Position numbers and translations under genes: made by a program
The notes under the pieces: model-generated
Told to the model about the DNA's origin: nothing
The model's input: the letters and a program-made list of their open reading frames with translations, nothing else
Database searches by the model: none
Assembly: GCA_963664115.2 (NCBI GenBank)
Contig: CAXWPJ010000012.1
Coordinates: forward strand, 64,001 to 128,000
Source: Terriglobia bacterium
GTDB lineage: Bacteria > Acidobacteriota > Terriglobia > 20CM-2-55-15
Length of the DNA stretch: 64,000 bases
Direction: 5' to 3'
In this document: positions 10,204 through 20,725 of the stretch, piece by piece
Numbering within the stretch: the stretch's first letter is position 1
Layout: every line of letters starts with the position of its first letter

Positions 10204-11319
10204 ATGCCGGTCACCGACGATTCCATGAAGACCGTTGAAAAGAAAGAGACGATTCCGAATTTTCAATCGGTTCCCTCCGATTCGTGGATCGTTTCTCTGC
10301 GCAAGCAGCTGCGACAGCTTGCCGATGAACGCAAAAACCCTCCGGTTGAGCCGCAGCTTTCGGCTCCGCCCGATCCCACTGCGCTCGACAAACTTGTCGA
10401 TACGCCCACTCCGTTCAGCTCGCTGATCGCACAGATACGCAGGGGCATTGACGATGTCCTCCATCCCAAGGAAAAATTTAAAGCTTCAGCCGAGCCGATT
10501 GAAGTCGAGGCCGTCTGGTCTACGCACGACCAGAGAACACCCGGCGCGATTTCAATGGCAGCCCATGTTGTCGTTGTTGTGCTCTTGATGTTTCCCTTTT
10601 TCGGGTCGGGGTCCGATCCGCTCCAGATTACGGAGACGTTTATCCCCCTCGTGGCCCCAGGTTTGATTCTGACTCTGCCGCAAGAGGATGAGCAGTCCGG
10701 TGGTGGCGGTGGTGGTGGACAACTCGATGAAACACCGCCAATTCTGGGTGAATTACCGGAAATAGACGATGAACAACTCGTACCTCCGTCTCCTGAAATA
10801 CTCAACTTCGATCCCATTCTGGTTGCGGCACCGACGGTGATAGCCCCGCAGCTGGTCGATCTGGATCAGACGATCGACCTGGCAATGCTCGGAGCGTTTG
10901 ACGGCATTCCAGGTCCTCCATCGGCCGGGCCCGGAGTGGGCGGCGGTATCGGGACCGGGCAAGGACGCGGTGTCGGCGAAGGAAGCGGTCCGGGCGTTGG
11001 CGAAGGAGAAGGGGGCGGTTTTGGCGGCGGAATTTTCAGCATTGGTGGCGGTGTAACAACACCGACGCTGCTTGCGCAACTGTTGCCCGAATACTCTGAA
11101 GAAGCGCGTAAAGCTAAATATGAAGGCACCGTGATCCTGGAAACGATTGTCCGGAGAGACGGCACGGTCGAAGTGGTTCGAGTGACGCGCAGCCTGGGAT
11201 ACGGTCTCGACGACAAAGCTATTGAGGCGGTCACTCAATGGCGATTCCGGCCCGGCATGCGCAACGGCGAGCCCGTCGATGTCGCCCTGAAGATCGAGGT
11301 CAATTTCAACCTCCGATAG
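10204..11319 (+). CDS. Energy transducer TonB-family protein
   Basis: TM helix with His (SMAAHVVVV), Pro/Gly-rich linker, TonB_C (PEYSEEARKAK, WRFRPGMRNGEPV). Confidence 0.88.
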   Translation: MPVTDDSMKTVEKKETIPNFQSVPSDSWIVSLRKQLRQLADERKNPPVEPQLSAPPDPTALDKLVDTPTPFSSLIAQIRRGIDDVLHPKEKFKASAEPIEVEAVWSTHDQRTPGAISMAAHVVVVVLLMFPFFGSGSDPLQITETFIPLVAPGLILTLPQEDEQSGGGGGGGQLDETPPILGELPEIDDEQLVPPSPEILNFDPILVAAPTVIAPQLVDLDQTIDLAMLGAFDGIPGPPSAGPGVGGGIGTGQGRGVGEGSGPGVGEGEGGGFGGGIFSIGGGVTTPTLLAQLLPEYSEEARKAKYEGTVILETIVRRDGTVEVVRVTRSLGYGLDDKAIEAVTQWRFRPGMRNGEPVDVALKIEVNFNLR

Positions 11320-11472
11320 CCCACCACCCGAGGGAACAATCCGCGCTGCCCCCGTGGCCAGTTCCTTTCATTCAGCCTGGACATCAAAGCGTGGACGGAG
11401 AAGCCCGTCCCTGGCCGGCATCTCACCATATGAACAGCGTCGCCTGTCGCCGTTTATGGTAACTTCGCCGTC

Positions 11473-12651
11473 ATGAGGGACGCCGTGATCATCAGCGCTC
11501 TGCGAACGGGCGTGGGCAAGTTCCAGGGCTCTATCAGCCCACTCTCTGCAACTGAACTCGGTGCGGCGGTTGTCCGGTCCGTCGTGAAACACGCCGGCTT
11601 GACCCCCGGTCAGGTTGACGAAGTCATCATGGGTAACGTGGTGTCGGCAGGACTCGGCCAGAACCCGGCGCGTCAGGCAGCGCTTGGGGGCGGACTCTCA
11701 CCAGAAGTCGCCGCTATGACGATCAACAAAGTGTGTGGTTCCGGTTTGAAGGCTGTCGGACTGGCCACGCAGGCCATTCAGACCGGCGAAGCGGAAATTG
11801 TTGTGGCGGGCGGGATGGAGAGCATGAGCAACTGCCCCTACTTGCTCCCTAAGGCCCGCGAAGGCTACCGCCTGGGCGATGCCAGGATGGTGGATTCGGT
11901 GATCCATGACGGTCTGTGGGACGTATACGAAGACTTCCACATGGGCTGCACCGGAGAAGTCATTGCCGAGAAATACAGCGTGTCTAGAGAAACCCAGGAC
12001 CGTTATGCACTCGAAAGTCACAACAAAGCCGTCGCGGCCATCCGAGCAGGGCGTTTTAAGGACGAAATCATCCGGCTCGAAGTACCTCAACGCAAAGGCG
12101 CCCCTCTTCCCTTCGACACGGATGAATGTCCACGCACGGATACGTCGATGCAGGCACTGGGCAAACTCAAGCCCGCCTTCAAGCCAGGCGGTACCGTAAC
12201 CGCGGGAAACGCACCTGGCCTCAATGACGGCGCTGGGGCCGTTATCGTCACCTCCCGTGAAGGTGCCCGGCGGGCCGGACGGACACCGATAGCACGCATT
12301 TCAGGCCAGGCGGTATCGGGCATCGAACCCGCCCTCGTGATGATGGCTCCGGTAAAGGCCGTCAATAAATTGATCAGAAAAATCGGCTGGAGCCTGGATG
12401 ACGTCGACCTGATCGAACTCAACGAAGCCTTCGCCGTTCAGGCCGTCGCCGTAATGGCCGAACTCAAGCTCGATCCCAAGCGAGTGAACGTGAACGGCGG
12501 CGCCATCGCGATCGGACATCCGATCGGAGCCAGTGGCGCCAGAATTCTGGTTACGCTATTGCATGAATTGGTTCGGCGGGATGTCCACCGGGGTATAGCA
12601 ACACTGTGCCTGGGCGGCGGCAATGCCGTAGCCCTGGCCGTTGAACGTTGA
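11473..12651 (+). CDS. Acetyl-CoA C-acetyltransferase (thiolase)
   Basis: [26 protein letters not shown]. Confidence 0.95.
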   Translation: MRDAVIISALRTGVGKFQGSISPLSATELGAAVVRSVVKHAGLTPGQVDEVIMGNVVSAGLGQNPARQAALGGGLSPEVAAMTINKVCGSGLKAVGLATQAIQTGEAEIVVAGGMESMSNCPYLLPKAREGYRLGDARMVDSVIHDGLWDVYEDFHMGCTGEVIAEKYSVSRETQDRYALESHNKAVAAIRAGRFKDEIIRLEVPQRKGAPLPFDTDECPRTDTSMQALGKLKPAFKPGGTVTAGNAPGLNDGAGAVIVTSREGARRAGRTPIARISGQAVSGIEPALVMMAPVKAVNKLIRKIGWSLDDVDLIELNEAFAVQAVAVMAELKLDPKRVNVNGGAIAIGHPIGASGARILVTLLHELVRRDVHRGIATLCLGGGNAVALAVER

Positions 12652-12720
12652 GGGGCCTTTACCCCAAAGTTAAGTAGTGTCAGGCAATCTTAGATAGTCT
12701 AAATTGAGGTCGAGAACATC

Positions 12721-13572
12721 ATGACGGCAGTGGAGTCCGTGGGCGTCGTCGGCGCCGGCACAATGGGAAACGGTATCGCGCACGTCGCCGCACGGACCGG
12801 CATCTCAGTCGTTCTTTGTGACCTGGACCCAGCACTTCTCGATCAGGCATTGTCCACGATTTCGCGAAATATGGACCGGGAAGTCGCCAAAGGAAAGCTG
12901 ACTGAAACTGAAAAGCAGGAAGCCCTGAACCGGATCACGCCCACTACGGATTGGAATCATTTGAAGGAAATCGACTTTCTGATCGAAGCCGTCAACGAGG
13001 ATTTTCAGGTGAAATCGCGTGTCTTCGAGCAGGCAGACCGCATCACAAAACCGAAGACCATCCTGGCATCCAACACCTCGTCGATTTCGATCACAAAGCT
13101 CGCTGCCGTCACCGAGCGGCCGGAACAAGTCGTCGGAATGCACTTCATGAACCCCGTCCCTGTCATGCAACTGGTTGAAATCGTTCGTAGCCTGACGACT
13201 GCAGAAGCGACCCTTGTCGGGACGCGGGAATTGGCCCAGCGACTCGGAAAGAAACCCGTCGAGGTAAACGACCATCCGGGCTTTGTGTCCAACCGCATAC
13301 TGATCCCCATGATCAATGAAGCAGCGTTCTGCCTGATGGAAGGCGTGGGCACTGCCGAAGCGATCGACAGCATAATGGAACTTGGAATGCGACACCCGAT
13401 GGGACCGCTTGCGCTTGCCGACCTGATCGGTCTTGACGTCTGCCTCGACGTCATGGAAGTCCTGCATCAGGGACTGGGCGACTCAAAGTACCGGCCCTGC
13501 CCCCTGCTCCGAAAACTGGTCGATGCCGGTCATCTGGGCCGAAAAACGGCCCGCGGATTTTACAGTTATTAA
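12721..13572 (+). CDS. hbd: 3-hydroxybutyryl-CoA dehydrogenase
   Basis: [26 protein letters not shown]. Confidence 0.92.
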   Translation: MTAVESVGVVGAGTMGNGIAHVAARTGISVVLCDLDPALLDQALSTISRNMDREVAKGKLTETEKQEALNRITPTTDWNHLKEIDFLIEAVNEDFQVKSRVFEQADRITKPKTILASNTSSISITKLAAVTERPEQVVGMHFMNPVPVMQLVEIVRSLTTAEATLVGTRELAQRLGKKPVEVNDHPGFVSNRILIPMINEAAFCLMEGVGTAEAIDSIMELGMRHPMGPLALADLIGLDVCLDVMEVLHQGLGDSKYRPCPLLRKLVDAGHLGRKTARGFYSY

Positions 13573-13623
13573 GAGTTTACAAAAAAGGACCTCAGCTGGC
13601 CCATCCGTTAAGGATTCTTAGGC

Positions 13624-14775
13624 ATGATCCACTGCCAGAATTGCACCACGCGAAACGCACTGACGCGCCAGTTCTGTTGGAAATGCGGCACGAAGCTCCT
13701 GTTGGCGTCGGGGGCAGCGACGGCCGAGTCACCGATGAACTTCATGGACGAGCACGCCCTGGAACGGGTAAGCGCGCTGGAATACGCCATGTCTATCATG
13801 AACAAGCGTTTGGAGTCGTTAGCAGAAACGGTCGAACGCGTAGGAGCGAACAACTTCATCGACCACACGATGATCGAAACCCTGACCGATTCCCTGGAGT
13901 CAGCCGGTATAAACCTTTCCAACCTGGAAACGGAATGGCGAAAACGAATCAATTCGCGACTGACCGAGAACGAAGAAGTCGACCGGTTGGGGTCCCGGAT
14001 GGAAAGGATCATCGAATTCTACAGGGGATCCCAACGTAAGCAGTTCATGCTCTGGATTGAACGGGCCTACGAACACATTGCATCGGACCGGCCGGCTGAA
14101 AGCCTGGGCTCGTTGCAGTCAGCGTTCGAACACGATCCTTCCAACTACGAACTGGGGATGCTTTTAGCCGAAGTTTTTTTCCAGACACAGGATTTTACTG
14201 AGTCTCATGCGTGCCTGTCCCGCGTCCTGGAGTTCAAACGCGATCATTTCGAAGCCACTCTCCTGATGGGACTGATCGAAAAACGACACGGAAATGCCAA
14301 TGAGGCCCAGCGGCTCCTCGAGGTCGCAGTCCACCTCAGGGACAATTCTCCGTCGGCACACGCGACGCTCGCATCACTGCTTATCGACAATGGTAAGCGC
14401 AAACAGGCGATGGGCCACCTGAATCGCGCGCTTGAGCTAAAACCCAGCGCGCCCACTCATTTCATGCTGGGCGCGATTTACTATCAGGACGGTCGCCAGA
14501 AACGCGCAATCAGCCACCTGAAGCAAGCTACGCAACTGGACCCCGAATTTGGCGAAGCCTTCTATCAACTCGGACTTTTATGCCTTGAAATGAAGTGGCG
14601 CCGTAAGGCACAAGAGTGTTTTAACCACGCGCAACAGCTCGATCCCCGGGAAGATCGATACCGCAAGAAGGCACAGAGGTATTTCAAGGGGAACGTGACT
14701 CCGGACCAATTGAGCGGTCTCGTCCGCGACGAACTACACCTAACGACGTGCTGGAGCAATAAAAGCTCCGATTAA
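13624..14775 (+). CDS. Zinc-ribbon / coiled-coil / TPR protein
   Basis: CQNC...FCWKCG at the N-terminus; several TPR-like repeats in the C-terminal half. Confidence 0.8.
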   Translation: MIHCQNCTTRNALTRQFCWKCGTKLLLASGAATAESPMNFMDEHALERVSALEYAMSIMNKRLESLAETVERVGANNFIDHTMIETLTDSLESAGINLSNLETEWRKRINSRLTENEEVDRLGSRMERIIEFYRGSQRKQFMLWIERAYEHIASDRPAESLGSLQSAFEHDPSNYELGMLLAEVFFQTQDFTESHACLSRVLEFKRDHFEATLLMGLIEKRHGNANEAQRLLEVAVHLRDNSPSAHATLASLLIDNGKRKQAMGHLNRALELKPSAPTHFMLGAIYYQDGRQKRAISHLKQATQLDPEFGEAFYQLGLLCLEMKWRRKAQECFNHAQQLDPREDRYRKKAQRYFKGNVTPDQLSGLVRDELHLTTCWSNKSSD

Positions 14776-14863
14776 AAGGCTGAGAGAGTGGCTCATAGCC
14801 CTTGAAGTCACGCGCTCTATGGAAGGCGTGACCCACCGGCCCAATTAACGATAAAGAGGAACC

Positions 14864-15922
14864 ATGGCAGAAGACAAACGTAAAGAAAAGACGCGGGCGC
14901 TGGATCTGGCTGTTTCACAGATCGAAAAACAGTTCGGTAAGGGCTCGATCATGCGCCTCGGTGGCGGACACGAAATTCCCGCGATGGAGATCATTCCTTC
15001 CGGTTCCATCGCACTGGACGCTGCGCTCGGAATAGGTGGCTTCCCGAGAGGCCGGGTGATCGAGATATACGGGCCGGAATCCAGTGGCAAAACCACGTTG
15101 TCGCTACATGTGATAGCGGAAGCACAAAAGTTGGGAGGGACTGCGGCCTTCGTGGATGCCGAGCATGCACTGGATGCGGCTTACTCAAGAAAACTGGGCG
15201 TTGATATCGACAACCTGCTCGTTTCGCAACCCGACAGTGGCGAACAAGCCCTTGAAATCACAGAAGTGCTGGTTCGCAGCGGTGCAGTCGACGTCATTGT
15301 GGTGGATTCGGTGGCGGCACTCGTGCCGCGCGCCGAACTTGAAGGCGAGATGGGAGACGCGCAGATGGGCCTCCAGGCCCGATTGATGTCGCAAGCGCTC
15401 CGCAAACTGACCGGTGTCGTTTCTAAATCAAAGACCAGCCTGATTTTCATCAATCAGATTCGGGAAAAAATCGGGGTCATGTTCGGAAGTCCGGAAACGA
15501 CCACAGGCGGCCGGGCTCTGAAATTTTACGCATCGATTCGTGTCGACATCCGGAGAATCGGCGCCATCAAGGACGCTGACAAGATCGTCGGAAACCGAAC
15601 CAAGGCAAAGGTGGTCAAAAACAAGGTGGCTCCGCCCTTCCGCGATGCCGAATTCGACATCATGTACGGGGAAGGCATCTCGCATGAAGGAGAGTTGCTC
15701 GACCTGGCCGTCGGAGCGAACATCGTCGACAAAAGCGGCTCCTGGTTCTCCTTCGATGGCGAACGATTGGGACAGGGGCGGGAAAACTCCAAGCATTTTC
15801 TCAAGGAACACCCTGAGTATTATGTACGCATCGAGGAAGAAGTCCGGGAGGCCCTGGGTCTGGGGGTCGCCAAGGCAACCGCAGCTGTCGCAGGTCCCAG
15901 TAACGGCAAAAAAGGGAGTTAA
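14864..15922 (+). CDS. recA: Recombinase A
   Basis: [36 protein letters not shown]. Confidence 0.98.
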   Translation: MAEDKRKEKTRALDLAVSQIEKQFGKGSIMRLGGGHEIPAMEIIPSGSIALDAALGIGGFPRGRVIEIYGPESSGKTTLSLHVIAEAQKLGGTAAFVDAEHALDAAYSRKLGVDIDNLLVSQPDSGEQALEITEVLVRSGAVDVIVVDSVAALVPRAELEGEMGDAQMGLQARLMSQALRKLTGVVSKSKTSLIFINQIREKIGVMFGSPETTTGGRALKFYASIRVDIRRIGAIKDADKIVGNRTKAKVVKNKVAPPFRDAEFDIMYGEGISHEGELLDLAVGANIVDKSGSWFSFDGERLGQGRENSKHFLKEHPEYYVRIEEEVREALGLGVAKATAAVAGPSNGKKGS

Positions 15923-16044
15923 GAACAGGGACGGCTGAGGGGCCAAATACCCTTCCGCCAGGGTGAGCAAAAATAGCGCTAATGTGAAACGAGACCTTCG
16001 CCGATAAGGTCAGTATCTCACTCAGTTCTCACAACTCGTTGCAC

Positions 16045-16073
16045 AAGGCCCCGCTCCGGCGGGGCCTTTTTTT
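16045..16073 (+). terminator. Intrinsic terminator
   Basis: AAGGCCCCGC-TCCG-GCGGGGCCTT followed by a T run. Confidence 0.85.
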
Positions 16074-16164
16074 GTATATATGCCGCTCATTCCACTCTTA
16101 AATAGACCGGTTCAATCATTTAACCTCGTTCAAGCCGGTATGGCCGCACCCTAGTGGCCTGCAG

Positions 16165-16219
16165 CAGAGATATCGCCCGTGGCATTCGGAGCGCACCGGC
16201 ACCGCTTGCGATATCTCTG
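16165..16219. repeat. REP-like inverted repeat
   Basis: CAGAGATATCGC / GCGATATCTCTG, perfect 12-bp arms. Confidence 0.5.
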
Positions 16220-16432
16220 TAGCCGGGCGTTAGGCAGTTCGGCTTGAAGTTCGCCTTCTAAAGAGGCCCGTTGGGTTAGAATGGGACCCGCGAGACCTCA
16301 GTTTTCCTTTCTGGGCGACTGACGGCCTGGATCCCGCTTCGCTCGTACGGACCCGGGGTGGTCTACGCGTTAGCGAATGGCGCATCGATGGGTCACCCGA
16401 CCCGCTCAAAGCGTCAAACCAGGGAGAAAGCC

Positions 16433-16825
16433 ATGAAGAAATTCCTCACTTTCTTTGTTGTTGCCGTTGCACTGTCGATGATTCCTACACCTGCTCCGGC
16501 TCATCACGGCCGCGGACAGACCTACGATATGGAGCAAGAGTTCACCCTGCGTGGCAGTGTGACCCAAGTGCTGTGGCGCAACCCTCACGTCTTGTGGTAC
16601 ATGGATGTCGAGGACGACAACGGCAACGTCGTCAATTGGGCTTTTGAGCATGGAAGCACGAGTTCGCTGTCCCGGGAAGGCTATCATCGGAATACTCTCA
16701 AAGCAGGCGATGAAATTGTCGCGACTGTCCATCCCGCCCGCAATGGCGCGCCAACTTCGATTGTGGTGAAGGTCATTCTACCGGACGGAACGGAAATGAT
16801 GTGTCGCGGCAGCGGCTGCGACTAG
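16433..16825 (+). CDS. Small exported protein, DUF6152-like
   Basis: Signal peptide ending APA then HHG; LRGSVTQVLWRNPH, W-x-x-E, LKAGD pattern recognised by eye. Confidence 0.75.
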   Translation: MKKFLTFFVVAVALSMIPTPAPAHHGRGQTYDMEQEFTLRGSVTQVLWRNPHVLWYMDVEDDNGNVVNWAFEHGSTSSLSREGYHRNTLKAGDEIVATVHPARNGAPTSIVVKVILPDGTEMMCRGSGCD

Positions 16826-18674
16826 ACCCTGAACAAGCGTGATTGACGAGGAAATGATAGTGCAATAAGAGCGGAAGTACCCGAAATGCCCCCTCTCCGT
16901 GCGAAAAAAACCTTGAACAGATTCTTCGGAAAAGGAGGCATTTCAGATGAACGATTATACGCGCAAGAACATGAGGAACCGCAAGCGGCGAATCGAACGT
17001 CGGCTTGGGGACCGGCATTGGACGGATCAGGTAGAGCCGATGTTTTCGGCGAGCAACATTCAGTACGAGATGGGAGAGCGGACGCGGGGCACATCGGTTG
17101 GTGGTATCGGGACGATGCAACTGGTGGCGCGGCGGACCGGGCTGATCGAAGCCATCGACAAGGGCGTGCATGTGTTGAAGCGGCACCTGCCGTATCACGA
17201 GTCGGATCACGTGCTGAACATCGCCTACAACGCCTTGAGCGGAGGAACGTGCCTGGAAGACATCGAACTGCGGCGCAACGATGCGGTGTATCTGGATGCG
17301 CTGGGAGCGCAACGGATTCCGGATCCGACGACGGCGGGAGACTTCTGCCGGAGATTCGAGGCCGACGACGTGGAGTGTCTGATGGAGGCAACCAATCAAG
17401 TCCGGCTCGGAGTCTGGCGACAGCAACCGGCGGCGTTTTTCGAAGAAGCGGTGTTGGACGCGGACGGGACACTGGCCGAAACCACGGGGGAATGCAAGCA
17501 AGGGATGGACGTGGCCTACGACGGGACGTGGGGATATCACCCGCTGATGATCTCGCTGGCCAACACCGCCGAACCGCTGTATCTGGTCAATCGTAGCGGC
17601 AACCGGCCGTCGCATGAAGGAGCCGCGGTCCGGTTCGACCAAGCCATCGCATTGTGCCGGCATGCGGGGTTTCGCCAGATCCTGCTGCGCGGGGACACGG
17701 ACTTCAGCCAGACCCGGCATCTGGACGGATGGGACGACCAGCAGGTGGGTTTCATATTCGGGATTGACGCGATGGCGAACCTGAAGGCCCGGGCCGATGA
17801 ACTGGAGCCGCGCCAGTGGAAGCGCCTGGAACGGCCCGCGAAATACGACGTGGCGACCGAACCGCGCCAACGTCCCGACAACGTGAAGGAAGAGATCGTT
17901 CGGCAGCGCGGTTTCGACAATATCCGCTTGCAGGGTGAGGATGTGGCCGAGTTTCGGTATCGACCCGGAGCCTGCGATCGGGACTACCGTGTCGTCGTGG
18001 TGCGGAAGAATCTGTCGGTGGCCAAAGGAGAGCAGGTGTTGTTTGACGACATCCGGTACTTCTTCTACATTACCAACCGTTCGGATCCGGCCGACCAGAT
18101 TGTGATGCGTGCCAATCAACGGTGCAATCAGGAGAATCTCATTGAGCAGTTGAAGAACGGCGTTCAGGCGTTGCGGATGCCGGTCGGAGATCAGACCAGC
18201 AACTGGGCCTACATGGTGATCGCGTCACTGGCCTGGACACTGAAAGCGTGGTTTGCATTGCTGCTTCCCGAAACCGGACGTTGGGGCCAAAAATATCAGG
18301 CTGAGAAGCAAACCGTGCTGCGCATGGAGTTCAAAACCTTCTTGAACGCTTTCATGCTTGTGCCGTGCCAACTCGTGCGCACCGGGCGGCGCATTCTGTT
18401 CCGGATCCTGGCCTGGAACCGGTGGTTGCCGGTCTTGTTCCGCGGGGTGGATGTGTTGCGTCAGCCTCTGCGATGTTGACCCGATCATGACTCTGAGCCC
18501 GGGCGATCGAGGTCCCGGTTTCTGTCAACCGTCCAACACCAGCGAGGCTGAACTGAAACAGATTCAACAGAAACTCGATACCTGGAACAGGCCATCCGGG
18601 AACGGGATTCTATGCCTCGAATTCTATCGGCGCGAACTGGGCCTCGGCGGACTGGTTATGCGCTTGTTTTGGGA
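16826..18674 (+). mobile_element. IS1380-family insertion sequence
   Basis: IRs aCCCtgAACAAGCG / tCCCaaAACAAGCG; flanking CTAG duplication at 16822-16825 and 18675-18678 (extends to GACTAG, so ends are uncertain by 1-2 bp). Confidence 0.88.
16947..18479 (+). CDS. IS1380-family DDE transposase
   Basis: PDPTT, LDADGT, GYHPL, RGDTDF, R-x-x-x-ENLIEQLK, N-W-A-Y motifs. Confidence 0.9.
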   Translation: MNDYTRKNMRNRKRRIERRLGDRHWTDQVEPMFSASNIQYEMGERTRGTSVGGIGTMQLVARRTGLIEAIDKGVHVLKRHLPYHESDHVLNIAYNALSGGTCLEDIELRRNDAVYLDALGAQRIPDPTTAGDFCRRFEADDVECLMEATNQVRLGVWRQQPAAFFEEAVLDADGTLAETTGECKQGMDVAYDGTWGYHPLMISLANTAEPLYLVNRSGNRPSHEGAAVRFDQAIALCRHAGFRQILLRGDTDFSQTRHLDGWDDQQVGFIFGIDAMANLKARADELEPRQWKRLERPAKYDVATEPRQRPDNVKEEIVRQRGFDNIRLQGEDVAEFRYRPGACDRDYRVVVVRKNLSVAKGEQVLFDDIRYFFYITNRSDPADQIVMRANQRCNQENLIEQLKNGVQALRMPVGDQTSNWAYMVIASLAWTLKAWFALLLPETGRWGQKYQAEKQTVLRMEFKTFLNAFMLVPCQLVRTGRRILFRILAWNRWLPVLFRGVDVLRQPLRC

Positions 18675-18833
18675 CTAGTCAGCCTAGGGCGTCAGACAAA
18701 CACTCGTGGGTCGAAGAGAGATCTGGCGGCGTCTGACGCTGAAAGACTTCAATAACGTCTGGAAGAACGAATCCCTGACACTCGAAAATCCGATACCGGA
18801 CTACGAGGCCGGGATTTGCACGGAGGTACAATC

Positions 18834-19649
18834 ATGCAAAGCCATTCCATCCGCGTGATCATCGCCGCAATGTCAGTGCTCTGCGTCTTGTCATTGACGG
18901 CATGTGCCGGAGCCCCGGAGGACGGGAGCCAATTTGACCCACGTGATTTCTCGGGAGTGTGGCACATGGAAGGGGGATCGGGTCAATTTGGCCCACCAAA
19001 TCCTCCAGCTCTGACATCGGCGGGAATGGCAGCGATGCGAGGGCGTATTCCTTCCCGCAGCGTGGACGATCCCAGCCTTTCAAACGACCCTTCCTATGAG
19101 TGCAATCCGGAGGGCTTTCCGAAGATCCTCTTTGATGCGGAGCCCATGGAAATCTTACAACTCCCCGACAGAATGTTGCAAACCTTCCAGTGGGAAGGAC
19201 GGATTCGCTACCTCTGGCTGGACGGAAGGGAGCTACCAACGGGAGAGAACCTCGAGAATCTAGGCCCGGCCTGGTATGGGCACTCGGTCGCTGAGTGGAA
19301 AGGGAACACGCTCGTCGTGAATACAGTAGGTTTCGACGACAGAGCCTGGCTCGACAGGCCGGGCCACCCGAGAAGTTTCAACGCACGCATCGAAGAACGT
19401 TACCAACGTCTCGATTCAGACACGATTGAACTTCGGTTGACGCTCTACGATCCCGAAAACTATAGCGACACCTGGGCGGGTGAACCGAAAATCTTCAGGA
19501 GACTTCCCAGCGACGAATACACTTTTTTCGGCTGGGAAGGGATCTTTTCGGGAACAACGGAGCAGATCTGTGCGCCGATGAACGAGGTTGAAACGTACAA
19601 TCAGCTGTTTCGGGATCCAGGAGCGGAGGGAATTTCTTCGACCCCATGA
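18834..19649 (+). CDS. Lipoprotein of unknown function, of the type usually found beside DUF6152
   Basis: Lipobox LTAC; DFSGVW, CNPEGFP, WYGHSVAEWKGNTLVVNT; SD GGAGG. Confidence 0.75.
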   Translation: MQSHSIRVIIAAMSVLCVLSLTACAGAPEDGSQFDPRDFSGVWHMEGGSGQFGPPNPPALTSAGMAAMRGRIPSRSVDDPSLSNDPSYECNPEGFPKILFDAEPMEILQLPDRMLQTFQWEGRIRYLWLDGRELPTGENLENLGPAWYGHSVAEWKGNTLVVNTVGFDDRAWLDRPGHPRSFNARIEERYQRLDSDTIELRLTLYDPENYSDTWAGEPKIFRRLPSDEYTFFGWEGIFSGTTEQICAPMNEVETYNQLFRDPGAEGISSTP

Positions 19650-19886
19650 AAACCGGCATCGGATGCACCTGCGCTTTCAATGCAGGTGTTCGGTCCGACG
19701 GCTTGGCGAGCAGGCGCTCTTTGAGGCTTCGGTCCCATCTCGGCCAAAGGTAAACCAGTGCTCCTCACGACACTTGCCTTCCGCCGGGCTGGATTTACCG
19801 GATCTGGTTTTCCGACGGAGGTCTTCCGTCCCGCCGACCCCGCGCCGGAAAGTTTTCCTGCCTGTCTTCGTGTAAGGAGGGGACAG

Positions 19887-20612
19887 ATGAACTCACAAAC
19901 GAGATGTCGACTTTCGTTGTCCTTGGTTGTTGCGCTGGGCGCTGGCAGTGTGTTGGCGGCGGCCCCACACCGCACAACCGTGTCTCTTCAGGAATTTCCA
20001 CCGGAGTTTTCCGGCGAGGGAGCACGGCAGGTTCTCGACAACGAGCGAGCAGTAGTGTGGGCGGCTACCGGGACGAAAGGGCAGCCCACGACCCTGCACA
20101 CGCACGAACGCGATCGGGTTAGTGTGGATCTTGCCGATGCATCTGTTCGATTCACGAGGGCAGATGGGGTTTCCGAGTCTGTGTCACTCACGACCGGTCA
20201 AGTGCATTTCGAGCCGAAAGGCACGACGCACCGCGTAGAGATCGTCAGCGATAGTCCACGGCATGTGATCCTGATCGATCTGAAGGAAGTGGTGGTGCCC
20301 CTGAGTGAGAACTTGAGTGGCTTTGCGAACGCTTATCCGAGGGCGGACGCTGTCAAGCTGTTGGAGAACGATCGTGTCGTTGTCTGGGAGTACACATGGA
20401 CGACAGGTGTGCCGTCGCCAACGCACTTTCACGACAAGGACGCAGTGATCGTTTTCATGGGCGCCGGCGAACTCAGGGCCACAACTCCTGATGGAACGGT
20501 CCGGGGTGGCACCAGATCGTTCGGGGATGTCGTGTTCAGCCCAAGAGACGTCACTCACGTCGAAGAATTGATCTCCGGGTCCGCCAAGTCGATTGTTATC
20601 GAGCTGAAGTAG
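19887..20612 (+). CDS. Exported tandem cupin-domain protein
   Basis: Two repeats: L(D/E)N(E/D)R..VW, HxH (HTHE / HFHD), GTTH / DVTH; SD AGGAGG. Confidence 0.75.
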   Translation: MNSQTRCRLSLSLVVALGAGSVLAAAPHRTTVSLQEFPPEFSGEGARQVLDNERAVVWAATGTKGQPTTLHTHERDRVSVDLADASVRFTRADGVSESVSLTTGQVHFEPKGTTHRVEIVSDSPRHVILIDLKEVVVPLSENLSGFANAYPRADAVKLLENDRVVVWEYTWTTGVPSPTHFHDKDAVIVFMGAGELRATTPDGTVRGGTRSFGDVVFSPRDVTHVEELISGSAKSIVIELK

Positions 20613-20725
20613 GCCAATCCCAACCAAGTGTAACGATTCACATCGCTGCCTCGAAAATAGCCCAGTCTAAGCCAGGCTAATCTTTCAAAAAGCACATTAA
20701 TGTTCAGGAATCAGATAAAGGGTCA

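Noticed and set aside
10690-11050. GGN-rich low-complexity repeats
   Set aside because: Explained by the Gly-rich linker of the TonB protein
14776-14863. LexA box upstream of recA
   Set aside because: No CTGT-N8-ACAG, GAAC-N4-GTTC or GTTC-N7-GTTC pattern seen; only short hairpins
16773-18119. Long antisense ORFs (448 aa here; also 21591-22973, 6271-7215, 62879-63844)
   Set aside because: Shadow frames of real genes in GC-rich DNA, with no recognisable motifs
18689-18739. 9-bp inverted repeat GCGTCAGAC/GTCTGACGC beside the IS1380 end
   Set aside because: Too short to distinguish from an ordinary 3' hairpin of the pre-insertion locus
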